From an uncultured delta proteobacterium (GTDB lineage Bacteria; Myxococcota; Myxococcia; Myxococcales; Myxococcaceae): a DNA stretch of 64,000 nt. The stretch is taken from positions 32,001 to 96,000 of the forward strand of contig CAVYSY010000008.1 in the NCBI GenBank assembly GCA_963771175.1. Reading direction: 5' to 3'. The notes below the pieces were generated by a model. It had not been told where the DNA came from, did no database searches, and was given only the letters and a program-made list of their open reading frames with translations. This document shows, piece after piece, positions 44,816 through 54,276 of the stretch. The stretch's first letter is position 1; the number at the start of each line of letters is the position of its first letter. The translations under genes and the position numbers were made by a program.

Positions 44816-45507
44816 AGGGGCTGTGGTTGGGAGCGGCGCTGCTCGCCACGGGCTGCGGCCCGACGCCCGCGGCGGAGTACGGCGAGGAGTTGTTCCGCGA
44901 TCCGAAGCTGTCGGAGAGCCAGTACAACACCGTCTCGTGCGCCACCTGCCACGCGACGACGGCCACCCCCGAGCCGGGCAGGGCGTACGTGGGCCACACG
45001 CTCTACAACGCGGCCTCGCGACCCCACTGGTGGGGCGGCTACGAGACGCGCCTGCTGGACGCGGTGAACTTCTGCTACACGGCCTTCATGCGCGGCGTCA
45101 CCCCGCTCGCGCCGGAGGACCCGAAGAGCCGCGCCCTCTACGAGTACCTGGCGAGCATCAGCCCGGACACGGACGTGCCGGCGCAGCCCTTCACCCTCGT
45201 CAAGGACATCACCGACGTGCCGCGCGGCAGCGCCGAGTGGGGCGCGGACGTGTACGAGGCCGCGTGCCAGGACTGTCACGGCGAGGCACACACCGGCAAG
45301 GGTCGCAAGACGGAGCTGACTCCCGTGCTGCCCGAGGTCGCCCAGGACTACGGCCATCTCTTCCCGGGCATCTCCCCGGGGCTGGTGTTCATCGAGAAGG
45401 TGCGACACGGCCGTTTCTTCGGCGTGGGTGGAAATATGCCGCCCTACAGCCGCGAAGCATTGTCCGACGAGGATTTGGGCGCGCTGCTGGCGTACCTCGG
45501 CCTCTAG
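44812..45507 (+). CDS. Diheme c-type cytochrome lipoprotein (TsdA/SoxA-like)
   Basis: Lipobox ATGC; CATCH and CQDCH; AVNFCYTAFMRG; GGNMPP. Confidence 0.85.
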   Translation: MKGLWLGAALLATGCGPTPAAEYGEELFRDPKLSESQYNTVSCATCHATTATPEPGRAYVGHTLYNAASRPHWWGGYETRLLDAVNFCYTAFMRGVTPLAPEDPKSRALYEYLASISPDTDVPAQPFTLVKDITDVPRGSAEWGADVYEAACQDCHGEAHTGKGRKTELTPVLPEVAQDYGHLFPGISPGLVFIEKVRHGRFFGVGGNMPPYSREALSDEDLGALLAYLGL

Positions 45508-45607
45508 GAGCACCGACAACACAATCCCTTTCCTGCTAAGAAAGGGAGAACACCGCACCCATCGTCACCCTGGGTGGACGCCCCCCTCGCCCCAGGTGGA
45601 GGAATCA

Positions 45608-46225
45608 ATGAACAGCACTTCGTCCGCGCAGCCGTCCCAGGGAGCTGGAGCGCAAAGCGAGCTGGAGCAGCGCCTGGTCCTGCTCACCCCCAAGGACACC
45701 ACGCGCGGCTTCCTCTTCACCGCCGCGCTGGACGTGGTGAAGAGCCAGCTGGGTGAGGCCGCGGTGAAGCGCTGCATCGAGGCGGCCGGGGGCGGGAGCT
45801 TCACCGCTTTCTTCTCCTACCCCGTCTCCACCCTGCTCAAGCTCAGCTACGCCGCCTCGCGGGAGCTGAGCGGCAAGAATGGGGGCTTCGATGGGGCGCT
45901 GCAGCTGCTCGGGTACCGGGTCGCGCCGCGCTTCCTGGAGTCCACCACGGGCAAGATGCTGCTCTCCCTGGTGAGCAACAAGGACCCCAAGCGCCTCATC
46001 GACAGCCTGCCCACGGCCTACCGGACGGCCTGGGACCACGGCTCCTGCTCGCTGAAGTGGCTCGGTCCGAAGAATGGTCGGCTCGCCTACGTGAACGCCA
46101 TGCCGGTCTCCTACTTCGCCGGCTCGGTGCAGCAGATGCTCGCGGCCGCGCAGCTCACCGGCGCCCGGGTCACCGGACGCCAGACGGGGCTGACGTCGAG
46201 CGAGGTGGACTTCTCCTGGGAGTGA
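45608..46225 (+). CDS. TIGR02265/DUF2378 myxobacterial protein
   Basis: DTTRGFLF, FFSYPV, FLESTTGK, PKRLIDSLPTAY, C-terminal FSWE. Confidence 0.85.
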   Translation: MNSTSSAQPSQGAGAQSELEQRLVLLTPKDTTRGFLFTAALDVVKSQLGEAAVKRCIEAAGGGSFTAFFSYPVSTLLKLSYAASRELSGKNGGFDGALQLLGYRVAPRFLESTTGKMLLSLVSNKDPKRLIDSLPTAYRTAWDHGSCSLKWLGPKNGRLAYVNAMPVSYFAGSVQQMLAAAQLTGARVTGRQTGLTSSEVDFSWE

Positions 46226-46236
46226 GCGCTCCGGGG

Positions 46237-46261
46237 CGCCGGGTGGAGAGCCACCCCGGCG
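46237..46261. terminator. Hairpin between convergent DUF2378 and terpene synthase genes
   Basis: CGCCGGGTGG agag CCACcCCGGCG. Confidence 0.45.
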
Positions 46262-46297
46262 GACCCCTCGGAGCCAGCGCCCGAGCCGGACGACGGC

Positions 46298-47278
46298 TCA
46301 GGCCACTCGCACGTGCCGGACGGGTGCGGCCTGCTCGGCCTCGCCCTCCTGGTAGCGGCCGGTCATGATGGACCAGTCGACGTTGGCGCGAATCCAGCGG
46401 CGCATGCCCGTGACGTAGCTGGCCACCTGGGCGTCGTGCTCGCCGAACGAGGGCAGCTTCTTCTCCAGCTCCAGGAAGTGCCGCACCGCCTCGTCGTGCA
46501 TCTCCACCGCCACGTCGATGGCCGCCTGCAGCTCCAGCCCGTGCTGCTTCCGCAGCGAGAACACCAGGTTGGGGTGGAACTCGTCCTTCATGTCCTGCGC
46601 CAGCGAGAAGAGGTCGTTCGCCCAGGCAATCACGTCCGTGGCCACCACGGTGAGCTCCGTGAGGGCCGGGTGGGACAGCACCGCCTCCGGCAGGAAGAAG
46701 CCCTCGATGGCTTCAATCTGCGTGAACACCATGTACGTGCCCACCGACAGGCGGCGCAGCTCGATATAGGTGTCCACGTCGAGGCACTCGCGCTGGCCGC
46801 GCGTCTCCGCCTCCCAGATGGTGCCCGTGAAGTAGGCGTGGCAGGCCTTGATGAAGCGCTCCATCCACTCCGGCCCCATCAGCTCCGCCATCCGCTCGCG
46901 GATGCTCGCCAGCAGCCAGAGCAGCGGCGGCGCGTCGTGGTACGGAATGGCCCCCTGCAGCACGGCCATCGCCATCTCGCTCTGCTGGCGCACCCAGTCC
47001 GCCGGCACGTGGCCCACGTCCACCTGGTCATCCCACGAGAAGTTCCAGATGAGGAAGTCGAGCGCCGCGCGGATCCGCTCCTTCGGCGCCGTGGGGTGGC
47101 AGCGGCCCAGCAGCACCGGGAAGTGGCTGCGCTGCAGCTTGCGGAACACCCCGTGCCTCGAGTGCAGCCCCAGCAGCTTCGCCCAGCGCTCCAGCGCCTC
47201 GCCCTCGATGTCCTTCATCTGCGGGTGAAGCTCCGGCGTGAACGGGCAATACAGCTTGGGAAGATGAAAAGCGCTCAT
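46298..47278 (-). CDS. Class I terpene synthase
   Basis: DDQVD aspartate-rich motif, YIELRR sensor, NDLFSLAQD (NSE variant), WSIMTGRY. Confidence 0.92.
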   Translation of the reverse strand: MSAFHLPKLYCPFTPELHPQMKDIEGEALERWAKLLGLHSRHGVFRKLQRSHFPVLLGRCHPTAPKERIRAALDFLIWNFSWDDQVDVGHVPADWVRQQSEMAMAVLQGAIPYHDAPPLLWLLASIRERMAELMGPEWMERFIKACHAYFTGTIWEAETRGQRECLDVDTYIELRRLSVGTYMVFTQIEAIEGFFLPEAVLSHPALTELTVVATDVIAWANDLFSLAQDMKDEFHPNLVFSLRKQHGLELQAAIDVAVEMHDEAVRHFLELEKKLPSFGEHDAQVASYVTGMRRWIRANVDWSIMTGRYQEGEAEQAAPVRHVRVA

Positions 47279-47795
47279 GGTGCAGTCCCCCTCCGACCTG
47301 CGTGTCCGGCCCGGGAGGAGCCCAATGCAAGGGGCGGACCTGGAGCCCTCCGCCTCCGTGCGCTCCCTCCGGAAGCGAGCCGTCCGAGGAGGGGCACGTA
47401 GAATTCCGCCCTGGCTTTCACCGCATTCCTGCTTTTCCTCCAATTTCCGGTAGGTGTCCGCGACCCAGTAGGTCATCCGTGCCCCGCCCCCTCGGAAACC
47501 CACGCCCGTGAAAGTTTTCAGGGGCGAGGGGAAACCCATCCATTGTTCGTGGAGTGTTTGCGTTTGGGTGGAAGGTGCCTCCCCGTTTCCTCCGGGAGCG
47601 GAAAGCAGCATCCACGACGGGTGGGGCCGGCAGGTCCGCGAGGACCCGGGACCCGAGGCCCCTTCCTGGAAGACGGGTGGGGGCTCGTCCGTCCGCTCGC
47701 CGCCGCTCCGTTCCGCCCGTTGGCGGTGCTCCCTACCTTCCTTCAAGCGGAAGTCAGGGACACGACAACAGAGACTCCGCGAGGGAGACAGACGG

Positions 47796-48380
47796 ATGCG
47801 GACGTACAGGTTCGATCATTTCAAGGCCGAGAAACCGGAGCCCAGCGTCACCACCCCGGAAGGCGCCAGGCAGACGCATCCAGCGGAGGAGACGAAGCCC
47901 ACGGTGCCGCCCTCGGAAGAGGGGCAGCTCCACTACGGGCGCCAGCACGCGCAGACGGCGGAGCTGTACCACCAGCGCCGCCAGGAGCGGGAGGAGGCGG
48001 AGCAGCTGGGCGTCGCCGGAGTCCAGCAGGAGCCGCTGGGCGGCGAAGCGCCCCCCCTGGAGACGAGGAAGCAGAGGGCCGCGCCGCGCGAGGAGCCCGT
48101 CATCCACGGCAAGGAGGATGTGGAGCAGCACGCGGGCTCCATGCCGGAGGAGTCCGGGCGCGCGGGGTTGCGCGGCCTGGCCCAGCAGGCGGTGACGAGC
48201 GTGCTCCAGGCCGCGCGCGAGGCCTCCCGGGGTCGCCCGCTGGTGGGCGCGAAGAAGCTCGCCGGTGACGCGGTGTCCGGCGCGCTGAAGGTGGCACGCG
48301 AGGTGTCGGCCCGCCGCGCCTCCCGGAAGTCCTCGGAGGCGCCAAAGGGCGGCAAGGGGAAGAAGGGCAGGAAGCGCTAG
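47796..48380 (+). CDS. Hypothetical protein
   Basis: GGGAGA RBS; MRTYRFDHFK start; charged, basic C-terminus. Confidence 0.7.
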   Translation: MRTYRFDHFKAEKPEPSVTTPEGARQTHPAEETKPTVPPSEEGQLHYGRQHAQTAELYHQRRQEREEAEQLGVAGVQQEPLGGEAPPLETRKQRAAPREEPVIHGKEDVEQHAGSMPEESGRAGLRGLAQQAVTSVLQAAREASRGRPLVGAKKLAGDAVSGALKVAREVSARRASRKSSEAPKGGKGKKGRKR

Positions 48381-48453
48381 CCCCCTCCCTCGTCCCTCGC
48401 CCCATGCCGCCGCCCATCCCCAATTTGGGGGAGGTTCTGCCCGGAGAAATCGC

Positions 48454-49359
48454 ATGTTCCCACCCCTGACCGTGCTGGTGACCGGTGCCACCGGGAAACA
48501 GGGCGGTGCCCTGGCCCGCCTTCTCCTCAAGCGAGGACACCGCGTCCTCGCCCTCGTCCGCTCCCCGGACTCCGCCGCCGCGAAGGACCTGGAGCAACGC
48601 GGCGCGGAGCTCACGCCGGGCGACTTCGAGGACCCCGACAGCCTCGAGCGCGCCATGCAGGGCGTGGACGCCGTGTTCGCCATGGCCACCCCCTTCGACG
48701 CCGCGGGCCTCGAGGGCGAGGTGCGCCACGGCCGCCACCTCATCGACACCGCGAAGCTCGCCCGCGTGCGCCACTTCCTCTACTCCTCGGTGGCCGGCGC
48801 GGACCAGAACACCGGCATCCCCCACTTCGAGACGAAGCACGTGGTGGAGCAGCACCTGCACCAGAGCGGCCTGCCCTCCACCATCGTGGCGCCCGTCTTC
48901 TTCATGGAGAACTTCCTGGGGCCGTCCTTCTCGCAACGGCTGCGCGAGGGAGTGCTGTCGCTGCCGCTGCCGCCCCACCGCGGGCTGCAGATGGTGCCCA
49001 TGGCGGACCTGGCCGCCTTCTGCGCCCGGGTGCTGGAGTGGCCCGACGAGTTCTTCGGCCAGCGCATCGAGGTGGCGTCCGACGAGGTGACGGGCGAGCA
49101 GGCCGCCGCCCTCATCGCCTACGTCAGCGGGCACAAGCTGCACTACGAGGAGGTACCGTTGGAGGTCTTCCGCTCGCGCGGCGAGGACATGGCGCGGATG
49201 TTCGAGTGGCTCCAGACGGTGGGCTACCACGCGAACATCTCCAGGCTGCGGCGGGACTACCCCGAGGTGGGCTGGCACACCTTCGAGGATTGGGCGCGCG
49301 CGCAGGACTGGGACACGCTGCTGGGCCCCACCTGGGGAGGGGCCTCCGCCGAGCCCTAG
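48454..49359 (+). CDS. NmrA/HSCARG family NAD(P)-binding protein
   Basis: VTGATGKQGG, YSSV, PHFETK, FFMEN. Confidence 0.92.
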   Translation: MFPPLTVLVTGATGKQGGALARLLLKRGHRVLALVRSPDSAAAKDLEQRGAELTPGDFEDPDSLERAMQGVDAVFAMATPFDAAGLEGEVRHGRHLIDTAKLARVRHFLYSSVAGADQNTGIPHFETKHVVEQHLHQSGLPSTIVAPVFFMENFLGPSFSQRLREGVLSLPLPPHRGLQMVPMADLAAFCARVLEWPDEFFGQRIEVASDEVTGEQAAALIAYVSGHKLHYEEVPLEVFRSRGEDMARMFEWLQTVGYHANISRLRRDYPEVGWHTFEDWARAQDWDTLLGPTWGGASAEP

Positions 49360-49443
49360 CCCCGTCCGCACTCCGAGCGGCCTTCTTTCCCGGGCGCGCA
49401 TGCCCCCCGGGGCACCCCTAGCTTTTCAGCAGGAGGTTCCCCC

Positions 49444-50184
49444 ATGCGCACGCGTGCCCTGTTGCCCGCGCTCGCGGCCGTGCTGCTCGCCGCGGGCTGC
49501 TATCGCGAAACGAAGTTGCAGCCCCTCCCCGCGGTCCAGACCACCAAGGCCGGCTCGGCCGTGGCCGAGGCGCAGGGCGTGCGCCTGGTGGCGGACGGGG
49601 ACTCCTGGCGCGGCACCCCCTCTGACCTCGAGCGCGCCGTCACCCCGGTGGAGGTTCGCTTCGAGAACCAGAGCGGCCGGACCCTGCGCATCAAGTACGA
49701 GGACTTCGTGCTGGTGGGGGACGACTCGCACTTCAAGTACGCCGCCCTCTCTCCCTTCGAGATGCGGGACGATGGGCTCGCCATCGGTGGCTCGGGCTCC
49801 ACGACGGGAAAGATCGCCCCGGCGGGGGGCGTGAGCGTGGGCGTGGGAGTGGGCTACGGGGCCTGGGGACCCTGGGGACCGGGGTGGGGCGACCCGTTCT
49901 ACCGCCACTGGTACGACCCGTTCTACGGCCCCTACTATGGCCCCTACTCCTACTGGGGTGGCCCCTACTGGTACTACCCCCCCGAGCCACTGCCCACCCG
50001 GGACATGCTGCGGCGCGCGCTGCCCGAGGGCACGCTGGAGAGCGGGGGCACCATCACCGGCTTCCTCTACTTCCAGAGCGTGAGCGGGCGCGAGGGCAGC
50101 GTCACCCTCCAGGCCCGGCTGGTGGACGCGAGCACCGGAGAGCAGTTCGGCACCCTCAGCATCCCCTTCGGCGTGCGCACCTAG
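49444..50184 (+). CDS. Lipoprotein with Tyr/Trp/Gly/Pro-rich insert
   Basis: Lipobox AAGC; PLPTRDMLRRALPEG, GFLYF. Confidence 0.8.
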   Translation: MRTRALLPALAAVLLAAGCYRETKLQPLPAVQTTKAGSAVAEAQGVRLVADGDSWRGTPSDLERAVTPVEVRFENQSGRTLRIKYEDFVLVGDDSHFKYAALSPFEMRDDGLAIGGSGSTTGKIAPAGGVSVGVGVGYGAWGPWGPGWGDPFYRHWYDPFYGPYYGPYSYWGGPYWYYPPEPLPTRDMLRRALPEGTLESGGTITGFLYFQSVSGREGSVTLQARLVDASTGEQFGTLSIPFGVRT

Positions 50185-50471
50185 TGCAGCAGCGTGGGGC
50201 GCTCCGCCACGGACAGCGGCGGGTGCGGCAACAGCGAGTCCTCGCCGATGAGCCCCACCTCGCGGCGGAGGGCCTCCCCCTTCACGGGCAGGCCGAAGAG
50301 CGGGCCGAGGAGGCACAGGTCGAAGGCCCCCGTGAGCAGGGGCATCAGCCCCGCCAGCGCCAGCAGCTTGCCCTTGGGCGAGCCGACGGCCAGTCCTCCC
50401 ATCACCAGTCCCGCGCCGGCCAGCATGCGCGCCCAACGTCCCTTCCTCGATGCCATGAACCCCACCATCAT
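50181..50471 (-). CDS. DUF2892/YgaP-like small membrane protein
   Basis: FMASRKGRWARMLAG, GLMPLLTGAFDLCLLGPLFGLP. Confidence 0.75.
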   Translation of the reverse strand: MMVGFMASRKGRWARMLAGAGLVMGGLAVGSPKGKLLALAGLMPLLTGAFDLCLLGPLFGLPVKGEALRREVGLIGEDSLLPHPPLSVAERPTLLH

Positions 50472-50663
50472 CACGCACCTCCAGGCCCGATGAAGATGGG
50501 CATGCGCGCTCCTGACACCAGCGCCCACCGGCTCGCCCGCTGTCCCCGTGCACCGGCCAACCCTGCCCACGAGCCTGGTTGCTCCCCCGGTGCCACTCCG
50601 CCCGGGCGTACCTAAGCTTGGTTTCCGGGGTCGCGGCCCCGTGGACAGAGGAGGAGCGGGTTC

Positions 50664-50921
50664 ATGGTGGACCGTTCGCAGCTGCACGAGGGGATGGTGG
50701 TGTGGACGCACCGGGGTGAGAAGCTCGGCCATGTCATCGAGGTGACGGACGAGGAGTTCATCGTCGAAAAGGGCCTCCTCGTCTGGCGCAAGGGCTACGC
50801 CGTCCGGCTGGACGACGTGCGGGAAATCCTCGCGGACGAGGTGTACCTCAACCACGGCCCGGACAGCCTCATCTCCGCGCCGAGGGAGATCGACCGCTCG
50901 ACGCGCCGCACCCTCCACTGA
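50664..50921 (+). CDS. Small PRC-barrel/DUF2171-like protein
   Basis: EGMVVWTHRGEKLGHV, IVEKG; GAGGAG RBS. Confidence 0.7.
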   Translation: MVDRSQLHEGMVVWTHRGEKLGHVIEVTDEEFIVEKGLLVWRKGYAVRLDDVREILADEVYLNHGPDSLISAPREIDRSTRRTLH

Positions 50922-50925
50922 GCCC

Positions 50926-51888
50926 TCAGGCGCGGAAGTCCACCCGCTGCACGGAGTCATCCGCGCGCGCCCCCTGGTAGACGTGCCAGGCGGCGACCAG
51001 GTCCTGGAAGGGCAGCCCCACCGCGCCGAAGAGGGTGACCTGCCCGGCATCGGTGCGCCCCTGCTTCGTGCCGGCGAGCACCTCGCCCAGCTCGGCGTGG
51101 ATGACCTCCTCGCCCAGCCCCACGCCGGCCGGCGCGCCCATGGCGAGCGCGAGGGCCCGGTTGTCGCAGAAGAAGGTGGACTGGCGCAGCAGCCCGGCGG
51201 AGACCTCGGCCAGGCCCGGCTCGTCCGCGCCCAGGGCGGTGACGTGCGTGCCCCCGCGCAGCATCCCCGGGAAGAGGAAGGGCTCGCGCGCCGGGGTGGC
51301 GGTGATGACGATGTCCGCGTCCTCCACCGCCTCCTCCACCGACTCGGCCGGCCGCACCGGCAGGTTGAGCGCGTGGTACATGCGGGTGGCGAACTCCACC
51401 GACTTCGCCAGGTCCGCGTCGTAGATGCGCACGTGGTCGAGGCTGCGCACCAGCCGCAGGCTCTTGAGCTGCATCGAGGCCTGGGGCCCCGCGCCGAGCA
51501 GGGCCACCCGGGAGGCGTCCTGCCGGGCGAGCACGTCCGCGGCCAGCGCCCCCACCACCCCGTTGCGCACCGCCGTGAGGTGCCCCGAGTCCATCACCGC
51601 GAGCAGCGCCCCCGTCTCCAGGTCATGGAGCTGCACCACGCCCTGGATGGCCGGGGAGCGGCCGGGGAACTTCGCGTGCACCTTCACGGTGTAGGCGGGG
51701 ATGCCGGGCAGGGTGCCGGGGAAGACCACCAGCGCGGAGCCCTCGGCGTGCAGCGGGGCCCGGGCGCGCTGGGGCTCCACCGAGCGGGCCCCGGCGTCCG
51801 CGCGGAAGGCCTCGCGCATCTCGGAGAGGAGGGTGAGGGCCTCCAGGTGGCGGACGACATCGGTGCGGGTCAGCAGGAGCGTGCTCAT
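50926..51888 (-). CDS. Ornithine cyclodeaminase/mu-crystallin family protein
   Basis: LTAVRNG, GAGPQA, DIVITATP, GTHVTALGAD, GLPFQDL. Confidence 0.92.
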   Translation of the reverse strand: MSTLLLTRTDVVRHLEALTLLSEMREAFRADAGARSVEPQRARAPLHAEGSALVVFPGTLPGIPAYTVKVHAKFPGRSPAIQGVVQLHDLETGALLAVMDSGHLTAVRNGVVGALAADVLARQDASRVALLGAGPQASMQLKSLRLVRSLDHVRIYDADLAKSVEFATRMYHALNLPVRPAESVEEAVEDADIVITATPAREPFLFPGMLRGGTHVTALGADEPGLAEVSAGLLRQSTFFCDNRALALAMGAPAGVGLGEEVIHAELGEVLAGTKQGRTDAGQVTLFGAVGLPFQDLVAAWHVYQGARADDSVQRVDFRA

Positions 51889-52131
51889 CTTTCCCACAAC
51901 CTAACCCTTCCCCTCCCCAGGGGTGGGGTTTCACGCGAGCAGGAGCGCGGAAGCCGTCCGGGCGGGTGGGACGGACGAGGCATGGGGCGCCGGGCGGCCC
52001 TGCTGCCGGGCGAGGGGAATCCCAGGCCCTCCCCGGGCTCCTCCCGCGAGTTTGCTGGTACGAGGCCGTGACACGCCCCCATGAGCACCCTCAGGGCTGG
52101 CCGGTGGGGGGCAGCCTTCGGGAGCGCATGC

Positions 52132-54214
52132 ATGCGAAACCAGGAACCACCTCGCCCCCCCCAGGGGGTCGACCCGAAGGCGGGAGGGCGGCAGCGACTG
52201 GCGAACTTCCTCCGCCAGTACCGGGAGGACATCCTCTCGGACTGGGAGCACGCCCTGCACCCGCGCCACCCGGAGCAGCCCCCGAGCGGCGCGCTGCTGC
52301 GCGACCACATCCCCGACTTCCTGGAGCGGCTGGCGGACGCAGCGGAGCACCCCCGGGAAGGAGCCGCCGCCCTGGTGTCCCAGGCCGTCACCGACGAGCA
52401 CGCCCTGGAGCGGCTGGAGCAGGGGTACGAGCCGGGAGAGGTGGCCCTGGAGTACGGCCTGCTGCGCCACAGCATCCTCCAGTGCCTGCGGCGCGAGGAC
52501 TACGCACCGAGCTTCGCCGAGCTGGAGCTGCTCGACGAGGCCATCGACCAGGGCGTGATGCGCGCAGTGAGCAGCTACGCGAAGGTGCGTGAGCGGATGC
52601 TGAAGACGCTGGAGCGCGTGTCCCGGGCGGCGCTGGAGAGCGAGGACGTGGACACCTTCCTGCCCAGACTGCTCCAGGCGCTGATGGAGGCGGCGGTGGC
52701 GGTGGACGGGACCTCCATCATGCTGCGGGAGGGGGACCGGCTGCGGGTGCGCGCGGCCGTGGGGCTCGGCGCGGAGAAGGCACTGACGGACGACTACTCC
52801 ATCCCCATCGGCAAGGGCATCTCCGGCACGGTCGCCGCCGACCGCCGCACCATCACCTCGCGCTCGGCGGCCACGGACTCGCGGCTGGAATACGACCTCA
52901 TCCGCAGGCTCGGCATCCGCGCCAGCTACAGCGTCCCGCTGGTGCACCGGGACAAGCTGGTGGGCGTGGCACACATGAGCTCGCGGACCGTCTTCGACTT
53001 CAGCGAGTCGGACAAGCTGCTCTTCCGCACCCTGGTCACCCGCGCCACCAGCTTCATCGTGCAGGCGGAGCTGGCCCAGCGCGAGCGGCAGGCACGGGCC
53101 GAGGCCCAGCGCACACTGGCCCTGCTCGACACGCTGCTGGAGGCCTCCCCAGTGGGCATCGGATTCCTGGACCAGGAGCTGCGCTACCTGCGCGCCAACG
53201 AGACGCTGGCGAAACTCACCGGCCACCCAGTGGCCTTCCTCCTGGGAAAGGCGTTCCGCGAGGTGGTGCCCGCGTGGGTCGCCGACAGCTTCGAGCCCCT
53301 CTACCGCCGCGTGCTGGAGACGGGAGAGCCGGTGTCCAACCACGAGTTCATCGGCCGCGCCCCCGACGACACCGGCCCCGAGCGCCACTGGCTGGGCAAC
53401 TACTACCCGGTGCGCTCCGAGAGCGGCGAGGTGATGGGGCTGGGGTGCGTGGTGGTGGAAATCACCCAGCAGAAGGAGGTGGAGGCCGAGCTGCGCCGCT
53501 CCGGCGAGCTGCGCGAGCAGCTCATGGGGGTGCTGGGGCATGACCTGCGCAACCCCCTCAACGCCATCAGCGCCTCGGCCTTCCTGCTGCAGAGGACCGA
53601 GGACCTGAGCGACGGGGTCCCAGCGCGCGGTGGAGCGCATCCGCAACAGCGCGGCGAGGATGGCGCGGATGCTCAGCGACATCCTGGACTTCGCGCGCAG
53701 CAGCATGGGCGGCGGGCTGCCGGTGCACCGCGAGCGGGTGAACCTGCACGACATCAGCCGCACGGCGCTGGAGGAGCTCCAGGTGACCAACCCGGGCCGG
53801 CGGCTGGAGCTGGACGTGCGGGGGGACGGCTGGGGCTGGTGGGACGCGGACCGGATGGCCCAGGTGATGGGCAACCTGGTGAGCAATGCGCTGCAACACG
53901 GACGCCCGGACACGCCGGTACGCGTGGAGGTGCGCGACGCCGGCCCCGAGGTGCTCCTCTCCGTCCACAACGAGGGCGCGCCCATCCCTCCCGAGCTGCG
54001 GCCCGTGCTCTTCCAGCCGTTCCGGCGAGGCACCACGGGCAAGGCCGCCACCCGCAGCGTGGGGCTGGGGCTCTACATCGTCCGGCAGGTGGCGCACGCG
54101 CACGGAGGCGAGGTGACGGTCCACTCCACCGAGAGCGACGGCACCACCTTCACGGTGCGCCTGCCGCGCGGCGCCCCCGAGCCCGGGAAGCTCCCGACCG
54201 AAGCGCCCGGGTGA
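52132..54214 (+). CDS. RsbRD_N-GAF-PAS sensor histidine kinase (frameshift near 53620)
   Basis: HALERLEQGY..EYGLLR, GAF, PAS, GHDLRNPL, NLVSNALQH, GLGLYI. Confidence 0.9.
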
Positions 54215-54276
54215 CGCCCACGTCCGCACCAGGGCCTCCCGCCTGTCCCCGGCGGTGTGTTAACGCTCCGGCGCCC

